Shown one piece after another: positions 8,422-17,427 of a stretch of 61,045 nucleotides of DNA. The position numbers and the translations under genes are program-made. How positions within the stretch are numbered: the stretch's first letter is position 1; the number at the start of each line of letters is the position of its first letter. The notes beneath the pieces are model-generated. The model searched no databases, was not told the DNA's origin, and worked only from the letters and a program-made list of their open reading frames with translations. Source of the stretch: Planctomycetota bacterium (GTDB lineage Bacteria > Planctomycetota > UBA11346); assembly GCA_038231435.1 (NCBI GenBank), contig JBBRLJ010000032.1, positions 1-61,045 of the forward strand, in the 5' to 3' direction.

Positions 8422-10188
8422 ATGGACAACCCCATCGCCGCACGCACCACGCTCATGCCCATCGATGTGAGCAAGACGCCCTTCTCGATGCGCGGATCGC
8501 ACATGTGCTTCTCGGTCGTCCCACCGGGGTGGGGACACAAGGGTCTCCTGCTGCGTACGATGCACGGCTTCTATGGTGGCGGCTGGCGCGAGGCGTTCCG
8601 GCTGTCCCTGGTGTGCGAGGGTCAGGAACGTGAGTACACGGTGCAGGCTGATCCGCATCGCTGCATGCTCGTGGCCGGAAACGCGGGCATCGATGTGACC
8701 TTCGCCGCGATCGACTGCGCGCGCGTCCGCTCGCACGGTGGCGCCATGAGGCTGGCGGCGATTCCCGAGAGCGGGCACACCGTCATGGCCGTTGGCGGCG
8801 GCGCCTGGATCGTCAATTCCTCCGTCAATGGCACGCAATGGCTGTTCACACCGCTGCGCGGTGTCGTGAGCGTCCACCACGAACACCGCGTCGACAGCCA
8901 GAAGCGCGATCAGGAGTTCAAGACCAAGGCCACCCGCCTGGTGGTCGAAGTCACTCCTGGAGCTGACGATATCGCCGAAGTGGTCATCGAGGAGTTCCAG
9001 ACGACAGCGCTCGGTATCGGCTCGCAGGGCACATTCGACGATTGCGCTGCCGCCATGCGCAAAGACTGGGAGGCGTGGTTGGCGACGATGGCGCCGATGG
9101 CGCCCGAGTGGGAGCCGGCTGCGCGCGTGGCGATGTACACGAACTACGAGTCGATGGTCGCGAAGCAGAAGTTCCTGACCCGCGATGCGATGCTGATGAG
9201 CAAGAACTGGATGTGCCAGGTCTTCAGCTGGGACCACTGCTTCAATGCCATCGCCCACGCGCACGGCAATCCAGATGTGGCATGGGACCAGCTCATGCTG
9301 CTGTTCGATTACCAGGATCCGCACGGCTGCTTGCCCGATTGCGTCTCCGAGGGAGGCGCGCTGTGGAGCTACGTCAAGCCGCCGATCCACGGCTGGACGG
9401 TGATGAAGATGGCGGCGGCGAACCCTGCCTTGCTGACGCGCGCACGCGCCGAGGAGCTGTATCCGAAACTGGTGCGGTGGACCGAGTGGTGGCTCACGCA
9501 TCGCGACCACGACCAGGACGGACTGGTCGAGTACCACCACGGCAACGACTCGGGCTGGGACAACGCCACGGTCTTCGACATCGGGTATCCGGTGGCCGGC
9601 GCCGATCTCGCCGCCTTCATGGCCACGCAGATGGACGCCCTCGCCGATCTCGCCACCCGCATCGGTCGCGTCGCTGAGGCCGCCACCTGGCGCGAAGCCG
9701 CGAACCGCATGATCGCGCGGATGGTGGACAAGCTGTGGGACGGCAAGCAGTTCAGGTCACGCAAGGCCTTCACCGGCGAATGCCAGCTCATCGGCGACAG
9801 CCTGATGCTGTGCTTGCCGATCGTGCTTGGTGAGCGGCTCCCGAAGATTCAGAAGGACGCCATCGCCGCGGCGCTGGCCCCCGACGGCCGCTTCGTCACG
9901 GCGTTCGGCCCCGCCACCGAGAGCCCGGCGAGCCCGCTCTATCTCGACAACGGCTACTGGCGCGGACCAATCTGGGGACCGACGACGGTGATCCTGTGCG
10001 ATGGCTTGGCGCGCGCTGGGTACCGCGAGCAGGCGCGCGAGATCGCGCGGCGCTACTGCGCCATGTGCCGCGCCCACCTGACCTTCGCCGAGAACTTCGA
10101 TCCCTTGACCGGAAAACCGCTCTGCGATCCCGGTTACACCTGGGGCTCGAGCGCCTACCTGATCCTCGCGCACGAGTTCCTCGGCTGA
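8422..10188 (+). CDS. GH63/MGH1-like (alpha/alpha)6 glycoside hydrolase
   Basis: FSWDHCF, KPPIHGW, NDSGWDN, YWRGPIW, FAENFDPLTG motifs. Confidence 0.88.
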   Translation: MDNPIAARTTLMPIDVSKTPFSMRGSHMCFSVVPPGWGHKGLLLRTMHGFYGGGWREAFRLSLVCEGQEREYTVQADPHRCMLVAGNAGIDVTFAAIDCARVRSHGGAMRLAAIPESGHTVMAVGGGAWIVNSSVNGTQWLFTPLRGVVSVHHEHRVDSQKRDQEFKTKATRLVVEVTPGADDIAEVVIEEFQTTALGIGSQGTFDDCAAAMRKDWEAWLATMAPMAPEWEPAARVAMYTNYESMVAKQKFLTRDAMLMSKNWMCQVFSWDHCFNAIAHAHGNPDVAWDQLMLLFDYQDPHGCLPDCVSEGGALWSYVKPPIHGWTVMKMAAANPALLTRARAEELYPKLVRWTEWWLTHRDHDQDGLVEYHHGNDSGWDNATVFDIGYPVAGADLAAFMATQMDALADLATRIGRVAEAATWREAANRMIARMVDKLWDGKQFRSRKAFTGECQLIGDSLMLCLPIVLGERLPKIQKDAIAAALAPDGRFVTAFGPATESPASPLYLDNGYWRGPIWGPTTVILCDGLARAGYREQAREIARRYCAMCRAHLTFAENFDPLTGKPLCDPGYTWGSSAYLILAHEFLG

Positions 10189-10271
10189 TTCGCTAGTGAT
10201 TCAGCCTCTGATGTGCGGTGATTCACGAGAGCTCAGATCCGGAGGCCGTAGTCGGCGCCGTCAGTGATTTT

Positions 10272-12662
10272 TCAAGCTGACCCGCTGCCCCACCGTCTGC
10301 GCCAGCCCATTCCTATCACCCATATCGCCACTCCCAGCCCGCCCAATCCACACCCGCCACCTCCAGACGCTGCTCCAGCAGATCCGCTGGAAGCCCCCGT
10401 GGTCCCGGTGGCGACTGTGCCCGTGCTTCCGGCTCCTCCACCCGTCCCGGCCGGCGTGGGCGTCACCGCGAACACCTTCTCGACGGCGAGCGCGCCCGAA
10501 TCCGTCGCGCGCACGCGTATCGAATACGCGGTGCCGGCCGACAGGGGCGCGGTCGAGACCAGTTGAGTGCCACTGATGCCGAACGATGCGTTGTCGCTCG
10601 CCCCCGCGCCGGCCACCAGGGTGAAGGCATGGCTGTCGCCGACATCCTCGTCGGTCGCCGCGAGCGTGCCGGCGACGGTCCCCGCGGCCGCACCGGCGAC
10701 GATGCCGCCGGTGAGCGCGATATCGGTGGGGGCCTCGTTCACGTCGAGCACGTTGATGACGATGTTCCGCCGGTACGAGATCCCCGCCGCATCGAAGACG
10801 GCGATCGTTAACGGGATCAACGGCTGCTGCTCGTGATCCAGCGCCGCGTTCACGAGCAGCGCTTGGGATGCCGATTGGAAGCTCACGTCGGCCCTGGGGG
10901 TGAAGGAATTCGCCGTGCCGATGAAGTAGGTGAAGGTATCGCCCGTGTCCTCGTCGGCCACGATGAGGTGGCCGATCACCGTGCCGATCGGGGAGTTCTC
11001 AAGCACGTCGACGGAGTCGATGGTGATGTCGGTCGGAGCGTGGTCGGCCATGATCAGTGCCATCGCCCCGTCGCCGGTGAACATCGCTGAGACGCCCTGG
11101 CATGAGAAATAGGCGTTCGTCTCGTACACGTAACCGCCCGCGGTGCGCGCGAAATGCCCATAGGCGGAAGAAGCGACCTCGACGAACGTCTGACCCACTG
11201 GCAGCGCGAAGGTCATGTCCGGCGGATATCCCCAGGTCTGCACCTGGCCGGTGTTCAATAGGGCGATCAATCCGTAGTCCGCGCACGAGCACGACGTGGC
11301 GGGGGCATTCTGGCCCGAGGACGCGATCGCGCCCCAGGTCACCAGCGTGCCCGAGGGCGTGATCGCCGCGCTGTGCAGGCGTCCGGCGGACACCTGGCTG
11401 ACCACCGCCGGCATCCAGAAGGGGGTCACGGCCTCGCCGTAATAGTTCGTTCCCCAGTTCGCGACCGAGCCATCGGCGTGCAGGATGAGCGCGTGCGCGC
11501 CGCAGGCGGAGATCGCGGTGACGCTGGTGTAGACCGGTAGCGTCGCGACCGCGCCCCATCCGACGACCGTGCCATCGCTCTTCAATGCCAACGAGAAGCC
11601 GTCGCCGGCGGCGACCGCAGTGACACCGTTCAAGCCCGCAGGCGGATCGCACTGGCCATCGCCGTTCCAGCCCCAGCACAGGACGGTGCCACCGATCGTG
11701 CGCGCGACGACGTGGCGTTCGCTGATCGCGAGGCTCGCGGGCGTGGCCAGGCCCAGGGGCGGTTCCACCGCGCCGCGCGTGCAGTCGAGACCCCAGGTGA
11801 CGACCGTACCATCGCTGCGCAGCGCGGCGAGATGATCCAGGCCTGCGCGCAGGTCGGTGACCTGGGTCGCGGCCGGCGGCGGCGGATCGATCGTTCCCCA
11901 ACATACCACCGTGCCGCCTGGCAGTAGCGCCGCGCTGCCATCGGCGGTCGCAGCGATGGCGATGACGCCGACGAGCCCACCGGGAACGGTGGATTGGCCG
12001 TGTCCGTTGTCACCCCAACAGGTGACGCTGCCGTCATCGTGCAGAGCCACCGTATGGGCGCGTCCGAGCGCCACGCGCGCGATGCCGGTGGTGCCTCCCG
12101 GAACCGCCGGGACGCTTGCGCCCCACTGCACCACCGTCCCGTCGACGGCGACGGCCATCGAGCGCGTGCTCCCCGTGTCGGTGGCGATCCAACGCGCGCC
12201 GCCCGCCGGCATCGGCACCGTCGCCGCCGATGCCGGATCGTTCGGTGTCCAGGTCATCACCGATCCGTCGGCCAGCCGGGCCACGCACGAGTTGCCGAAA
12301 TTGCTCACCTCGATCTGCGCGACCGCGGTGATCGCCGCGGGCATCGCATCGTAGCCGCTCGAGCTCCAAGTGCGCACGCTGGCGTCGTCAAGAAGGGCGA
12401 TCACGCGCGTAGAGGCGACGCTGACCGCCACGACGTGGGCCAGATCCGCCGGGACTGAAGGCGCGTAGATCGCCCAATGCACCACCCGGCCGCCGCTGAC
12501 CGCCGCGGTGCTGTACGCTCCGGCACCGATGGCGGTGACTCCACGTAATCCCTGGGGCGTACGGTTGCCGGCGAAGGTGTGGTTCCCGTCGACCATGACC
12601 ACGCCGTCGGCGGCCGACAGCATGCACGTGGACACGATCAGCAGCGATGAGCGGAGGAGCAT
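10272..12662 (-). CDS. Secreted RCC1-repeat + cadherin-like protein with C-terminal Cys-Gly sorting-like tail
   Basis: Signal peptide; RCC1 repeats (AAGDGFSLALKSDGTVVGWG); cadherin motifs (ENSPIGTVIG, LDHEQQ, DVNEAPTDI); tail GGGCGLGGLGVAIWVIGMGWRRR. Confidence 0.88.
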   Translation of the reverse strand: MLLRSSLLIVSTCMLSAADGVVMVDGNHTFAGNRTPQGLRGVTAIGAGAYSTAAVSGGRVVHWAIYAPSVPADLAHVVAVSVASTRVIALLDDASVRTWSSSGYDAMPAAITAVAQIEVSNFGNSCVARLADGSVMTWTPNDPASAATVPMPAGGARWIATDTGSTRSMAVAVDGTVVQWGASVPAVPGGTTGIARVALGRAHTVALHDDGSVTCWGDNGHGQSTVPGGLVGVIAIAATADGSAALLPGGTVVCWGTIDPPPPAATQVTDLRAGLDHLAALRSDGTVVTWGLDCTRGAVEPPLGLATPASLAISERHVVARTIGGTVLCWGWNGDGQCDPPAGLNGVTAVAAGDGFSLALKSDGTVVGWGAVATLPVYTSVTAISACGAHALILHADGSVANWGTNYYGEAVTPFWMPAVVSQVSAGRLHSAAITPSGTLVTWGAIASSGQNAPATSCSCADYGLIALLNTGQVQTWGYPPDMTFALPVGQTFVEVASSAYGHFARTAGGYVYETNAYFSCQGVSAMFTGDGAMALIMADHAPTDITIDSVDVLENSPIGTVIGHLIVADEDTGDTFTYFIGTANSFTPRADVSFQSASQALLVNAALDHEQQPLIPLTIAVFDAAGISYRRNIVINVLDVNEAPTDIALTGGIVAGAAAGTVAGTLAATDEDVGDSHAFTLVAGAGASDNASFGISGTQLVSTAPLSAGTAYSIRVRATDSGALAVEKVFAVTPTPAGTGGGAGSTGTVATGTTGASSGSAGAASGGGGCGLGGLGVAIWVIGMGWRRRWGSGSA

Positions 12663-12835
12663 GCCACGAGGATAGTCAGGCACCGCGCAATTCAACTAAT
12701 GCACTAATTACGCTTCATGCATCCGGGTATTATAGCGATTTATTCATTTGGCGATCAGTGCGGAGAGCTGTGCGCATCGCCATCGCTTCCCGCACCCCCG
12801 AGTGACGCCGGTGATGCTGACGCTGGTTCGCCGGC

Positions 12836-15800
12836 TCACGGCGCGAACTGGATCGCCCCCGCATCACGCTTCCCGTCCTTCGGCTTCTTGCCGGTGAAAT
12901 CCCGTAGGAACGGTCCATCGAATTCCCAGGCGGTGAGCTCCTCGATGGTGGTGCGCGCGTTGGCCAGGGTGCCGCGACCGATGCGCAGGAAATCGAGGGT
13001 GCCGGCAAGGCAGCGCCCGGTGGGCGTGCCGCCGACGTGGAGATCCGCCTCGCTGGCCAGGCTCACCGACTGGTCGATGCCGGGGGCTTGCGCGTCCTTC
13101 TTGCCGTCGACATAGATGGTCAGGACCTTGCCCGCGCGATCGCACTCGGCGATGACGTGGTGCCAGCCGCCATCGTTGATCGTCGCCTTGCTCGCGACGC
13201 TGGCGGATGCGTCCGCGCCGACGACAGCGAGCGTCACGCCGCCGCGCTTGTCGACGGCCAGCGAGTAGCCCGCGGCGCCGAGCTTCTCGATCACCACGCC
13301 ACCGACGTGGCCCGCGACCGTCTGGAAGTACGCCTCGATGAGGAAATCGCTGGTCGAGACCGCCGGGCTCTTGAGCCCGTCGCCGCTCGCGACGAGGTGC
13401 TGGGTTTCGAATTCCCTCCGGCTCGAAGCCAGATCGTAGGCGAAGGGCTTGGACATGTCCGCGTTGGCGAGCACGGCGTACTGGTCACGCCCGTTCAGCT
13501 TGAGGGCACCCGCGGTCCAATCTTCGAGCGGGCCGGGGACGTAGTCCCCTGCCTTGACGTTGACGGCGGTCAGCGAATACATCGGCCGCTCCAGGTAGCT
13601 GTCGCGCCCGATGTGGTAGGGGGTCAGGTACCAGTGCTCATCCAGGATGCGGGACGGATCGGCGCCGCTCTGGCAGAAGTTCCATTCGCCGGTGATCCCA
13701 TAGAGCGCCCAGGGCACGAAGACCTTGACCCCCTTGCCGATGGCCGCCGATCCCGCCCCCAAGCGGAAGTCGTTCTTGGCCGCGCCGGGAAGCAGCGCCG
13801 TGTCGCTCATGACGCCGGCGTCCACGCGCATGGCCGCGTGCGCCGCGAGCGTCGTCGTGAATTCGGGAACGCCCTTCAGCCACTGACCGTTCGGTTCGAG
13901 GCAGCCCATCTGCCCGGTGATACCCGAGAAGACGTTGGAACCGAACGCGTCGGTGTCGATCGCGTACGAGTCCTGCTTAGCGCCCGCATCCTTGGCATTG
14001 GCGGCTTCTGCGGTCTTGGCCGGCTGGGCGTGCCAGAACGTCCAGCCCGAGATCGATGCCCAGACGTTGCCGAGGTATTTGTTCCGTCCCGCCTGCGGCG
14101 CCTGCCGGCGCGAGCCTTCGAAGAAGTTGTAGGCGGTGTTGTTGAAGAAGGAGTTCTGGTAGCTGATGATCTCCTGGAAGGCCGAGGTGTTGCACAGCGG
14201 GCTGTCGGGATCGTTGTTCTTGCCCCAGGCGATGTTGTTGAAGTAGTAGTTCTTGAAGCCGCCGTCGAGGTAATACGCGTGCCCGAAGCGTGCGCTGCCG
14301 CCCGAGAACGGCAGGTGGAAGTTGTTGTAGCCGCCGGGATTGCCCGAGATGTTGTCGTAGACGAAGCACGGCCCGCCCTGCCAGGTCTCGATGCCGCCCC
14401 AATCGCAATTGTTCAGCAGGGAATTGGTCACCTTGTTGTGGTGCGCCAGGATCAGTGCGTACGGGCAATCCATCACCGTGCCGTTGGCCTTGCCGCCGAA
14501 CAGGAAGATGCCCGCGCCGTAGACGCGGTCGAGGATGTTGCCAGCGATCTCGGCGCGCTCGGCGTAGGCGATGCTCAGGGCGTGGCCGTTGCCGACGCGA
14601 GCTGGGCGTTGGCCGATCTCGACCATGCGGTTGCGCAGCACCGCCACGTTGTCGAGTCGTCCCGCGGGGTAGGCGTCGCCCCAGCGCCAGCCGTTGTTCA
14701 GGTCGATGCCGCCGCCATCGGTGAAGCGGAAATCGTTGTCGCTGATCTCGACCCGGTCGATGACGGCATCCTTCGCGGACGCGTTCATCGAGATGGGCTG
14801 GTTGACGTGCTCGAAGAGGCAGTTGGACACGCGCAGGTCGGTGCCCGAGCCCTCGAGCCCGATGCACGACGTGCACTCGGGGATCTTCAACGCGGCGATG
14901 TCCCAGTAGCGGTTGGTGAAGCGGAAGCTCAGCCCCGAGATGTGCACGTGGCTCATGCCCTTGCTGTCGATCATGCACAGCCGCTTGCCCGCTTCGAGGT
15001 CGACGCCGTTCGGATCGGCATCGCCAGGCAGGCGCAGGTACAGCCGCCCGCCGTCGCCGCTCTTCTCGAACCAGAATTCGCCTTTCGGATCGTCGAGGTA
15101 CTCCGGCTTGTCCTCGAGGTAGTAGCGGCAGTTCTTGATGATCTTCCGTCCCTCGGTGGGGCCGCCGTACAGCCCATCGAAGGCCAGGCTGTGCTTGGCG
15201 ACATCGACGCGCTGCACGCTCGACGGGTACGGCGTGCCCATTACCCAGCCGAATTCGCTCCATAGGATCGCGTCCTGGTAGTATTCCTTGGCTTGGGTGA
15301 TGTGCGCGGTGTCCACGCCGAGTTTCAGGCGCTTGTCGTCGGTGTAGACGTCGAAGGTCTTGCCGGTGGGATAATTCCAGGTCCACCAGCCGCTCTTGAC
15401 GTCATCGGGATCGTCGGCCGTCCAATTCGGCGTGCGCGCCAAGGGGATGCGGGTGATGGCGCCGTCCTTGGCCACCATCCACAGCGTGCGCGGCGCGAAA
15501 TCCAATGCCGTGGACCACACCTTGTCCGGTTCGGGGATGCCCTTCGCCGCCTTGCCTTTCGTCCATCCCGAGGTCTTTTCGGAGCCGCAGATCACCGCTT
15601 CGCCTTTGCCCCACGCCGGGTCGCTGGTCAAGCGGATCGGCTCTCCAGCCGTGCCGGACTCCTTGGTCACGAGGTCGCCGCGATAGACGACGCCGCGCTT
15701 GAACACGTAGGTGTGCACGCCGCCGCCAGCCTTCGCGACCCCGGTCGCGTTGGCGTCCCACGGATGATGCTTCCATGGCTTGGCCTTGACGTCCCCGGGA

Positions 15801-16057
15801 TTGGCGTCGTCGCCTTGCGCGAAGTCGATGTAGCGCACCGACGCGCCCGCCTCGAAGCGGAACGGTTTCGGCGCCCAGAGCAGATCGCCCGTTGGCGTCA
15901 CCGTCGCCTGCGGCTCCCGCCACGACCAGGCCGTCGGATCAGCGCCCACCAGGCGCGTCCCCAGCGCGGCGCCGAGCAGCATCCATACGGACATCGACAG
16001 GGACACGGCGCTAGCCACGGCCTGGGAGCGATGATGTCCAGCGCGGTGCATGAGCAT
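12836..16057 (-). CDS. Large secreted right-handed beta-helix protein with C-terminal LamG-like domain
   Basis: AAGGA RBS; signal peptide; GDDANPG..KPWKH and FKRG motifs; Asn-rich parallel beta-helix repeats; INDGGWHHV...IYVDG...GTLDFLRI LamG. Confidence 0.85.
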   Translation of the reverse strand: MLMHRAGHHRSQAVASAVSLSMSVWMLLGAALGTRLVGADPTAWSWREPQATVTPTGDLLWAPKPFRFEAGASVRYIDFAQGDDANPGDVKAKPWKHHPWDANATGVAKAGGGVHTYVFKRGVVYRGDLVTKESGTAGEPIRLTSDPAWGKGEAVICGSEKTSGWTKGKAAKGIPEPDKVWSTALDFAPRTLWMVAKDGAITRIPLARTPNWTADDPDDVKSGWWTWNYPTGKTFDVYTDDKRLKLGVDTAHITQAKEYYQDAILWSEFGWVMGTPYPSSVQRVDVAKHSLAFDGLYGGPTEGRKIIKNCRYYLEDKPEYLDDPKGEFWFEKSGDGGRLYLRLPGDADPNGVDLEAGKRLCMIDSKGMSHVHISGLSFRFTNRYWDIAALKIPECTSCIGLEGSGTDLRVSNCLFEHVNQPISMNASAKDAVIDRVEISDNDFRFTDGGGIDLNNGWRWGDAYPAGRLDNVAVLRNRMVEIGQRPARVGNGHALSIAYAERAEIAGNILDRVYGAGIFLFGGKANGTVMDCPYALILAHHNKVTNSLLNNCDWGGIETWQGGPCFVYDNISGNPGGYNNFHLPFSGGSARFGHAYYLDGGFKNYYFNNIAWGKNNDPDSPLCNTSAFQEIISYQNSFFNNTAYNFFEGSRRQAPQAGRNKYLGNVWASISGWTFWHAQPAKTAEAANAKDAGAKQDSYAIDTDAFGSNVFSGITGQMGCLEPNGQWLKGVPEFTTTLAAHAAMRVDAGVMSDTALLPGAAKNDFRLGAGSAAIGKGVKVFVPWALYGITGEWNFCQSGADPSRILDEHWYLTPYHIGRDSYLERPMYSLTAVNVKAGDYVPGPLEDWTAGALKLNGRDQYAVLANADMSKPFAYDLASSRREFETQHLVASGDGLKSPAVSTSDFLIEAYFQTVAGHVGGVVIEKLGAAGYSLAVDKRGGVTLAVVGADASASVASKATINDGGWHHVIAECDRAGKVLTIYVDGKKDAQAPGIDQSVSLASEADLHVGGTPTGRCLAGTLDFLRIGRGTLANARTTIEELTAWEFDGPFLRDFTGKKPKDGKRDAGAIQFAP

Positions 16058-16165
16058 GGCGAGTCCTTGGTTCAGCTGATGATGATGCGTATAATCATGA
16101 GCGGACAAGCCGTGTCGGCGTGACCGGATTTTCCTACCATGGGGATATCCAGGGGCGGGGAAAGG

Positions 16166-16274
16166 GCGGAAGCCGAAGAGGGGAAGACGGAAGGTAGAAG
16201 ATGGACTAGCAGCGCCTCATCGACGCGCTGCTAGTCCATCTTCCATCATCCAACTTCTACCTTCCAGCTTCCTA
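16166..16274. repeat. 19-bp perfect hairpin flanked by inverted heptamer arrays
   Basis: Arms 16197-16215 and 16225-16243; left 7-mers gcggaag/ccgaaga/ggggaag/acggaag/gtagaag; right 7-mers cttccat/catccaa/cttctac/cttccag/cttccta. Confidence 0.9.
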
Positions 16275-16287
16275 ATTCTCCCTCATC

Positions 16288-17337
16288 TCACCGCTTCGCG
16301 ACGCGGATCCTCGCGATCGCATTCGCCTGCAGCGCCACCCACATGTTCCCATCGGGCCCGGCGCAGATGCCGAACGGCTTGGCGTCCGGAGTGGCGAGCA
16401 CGAATTCGGTGACCTGGCCATCGGCGGTCATGCGGCCGATCCTCCCCACCTTGAATTCGCAGAACCACATGCAGCCATCGGGCCCGGCGGCGATGCCGAT
16501 CGGCTGGGCGCCAGCGGTGGGGATGGGGAATTCGCTGATCGCGCCCGCTGGCGTGATGCGGCCGATGCGTCCGCTCTTGTTCTCGGCGAACCAGAGGTTG
16601 CCGTCCGGTCCCGCGGCGATGTCGCGTGGGAAGGAGTCGGCGGTGGGGATGGGGAATTCGCTGATGACGCCGGATGCGATATCCAGCCGACCGATCGCGT
16701 TACGGGCCGACTCGGTGAACCAGACGCCGTGGTCGGCACCGCAGGCGACGCCGTAGGGTTTGCTCTCCGGATTCGGCAGCTCGTGCTCGGTGATCCCACC
16801 GGTGGCCGAGATGCTGGCGATGCGGTTGGCCGCCATCTCGGCGAACCACAGCGGACTATCGCCGCCGCCCCTCGTGTCACCACTTCCGGTGCCGATGCCG
16901 GCGATGACGCGCGGCCAGCTCCCGGGAGTCACCTCGTTCTTGGCACTCGCCCGCGAGGGGATCGCGAACGAGCCGGCGAATTCGCCATCGACGGTGATGC
17001 GGCGGATGCTGTTCTCCTCGCGCGAGGTGAACCACATCGCGCCATCTGAGCCCGCGGCGATGCCCTGGATCACGCCCACGCCCTGGCCGGGGATCGGGAA
17101 TTCGCTGAGCACCCCTTGCGGCGTCACGCGCACGATCTCGTGCATGAGCACCTCGGTCACCCACAGATTGCCGTCGGGCCCGACGGCGATGGCTTGGGGA
17201 CGATGGCCTTCGGTCGGCAGCGGGAAGACGTCGATGTCGTCGGCCCCCGGGGCTGCGAGGGCGGACAGCGCTCCCAGCAGCGTTCCCTGCAGCAGTACGC
17301 CGGTGATCACGGAGACGATGTGGGACGCGTGCGGCAT
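16288..17337 (-). CDS. Virginiamycin B lyase (Vgb)-like beta-propeller, probably secreted
   Basis: About seven repeats of P..I..GPDGNLWF.E....IGRI; hydrophobic N-terminus; GGAG RBS. Confidence 0.88.
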   Translation of the reverse strand: MPHASHIVSVITGVLLQGTLLGALSALAAPGADDIDVFPLPTEGHRPQAIAVGPDGNLWVTEVLMHEIVRVTPQGVLSEFPIPGQGVGVIQGIAAGSDGAMWFTSREENSIRRITVDGEFAGSFAIPSRASAKNEVTPGSWPRVIAGIGTGSGDTRGGGDSPLWFAEMAANRIASISATGGITEHELPNPESKPYGVACGADHGVWFTESARNAIGRLDIASGVISEFPIPTADSFPRDIAAGPDGNLWFAENKSGRIGRITPAGAISEFPIPTAGAQPIGIAAGPDGCMWFCEFKVGRIGRMTADGQVTEFVLATPDAKPFGICAGPDGNMWVALQANAIARIRVAKR

Positions 17338-17427
17338 GCGGATCTCCAAGGAGGGGCATGTGCCCCGCAGTCCTCTGTCCGCCGCGCGGGCGACAGTACA
17401 CCCATTCCGGAGCATCGAATCAGGCGA

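Noticed and set aside
10186..10271. Repeated TGATT words in the convergent intergenic gap
   Set aside because: Short, irregularly spaced and not upstream of any gene; cannot be distinguished from chance.
16288..17337. Bona fide streptogramin B resistance gene
   Set aside because: Only the propeller repeat pattern is recognisable; the signal-like N-terminus and unverified catalytic residues do not support the call.
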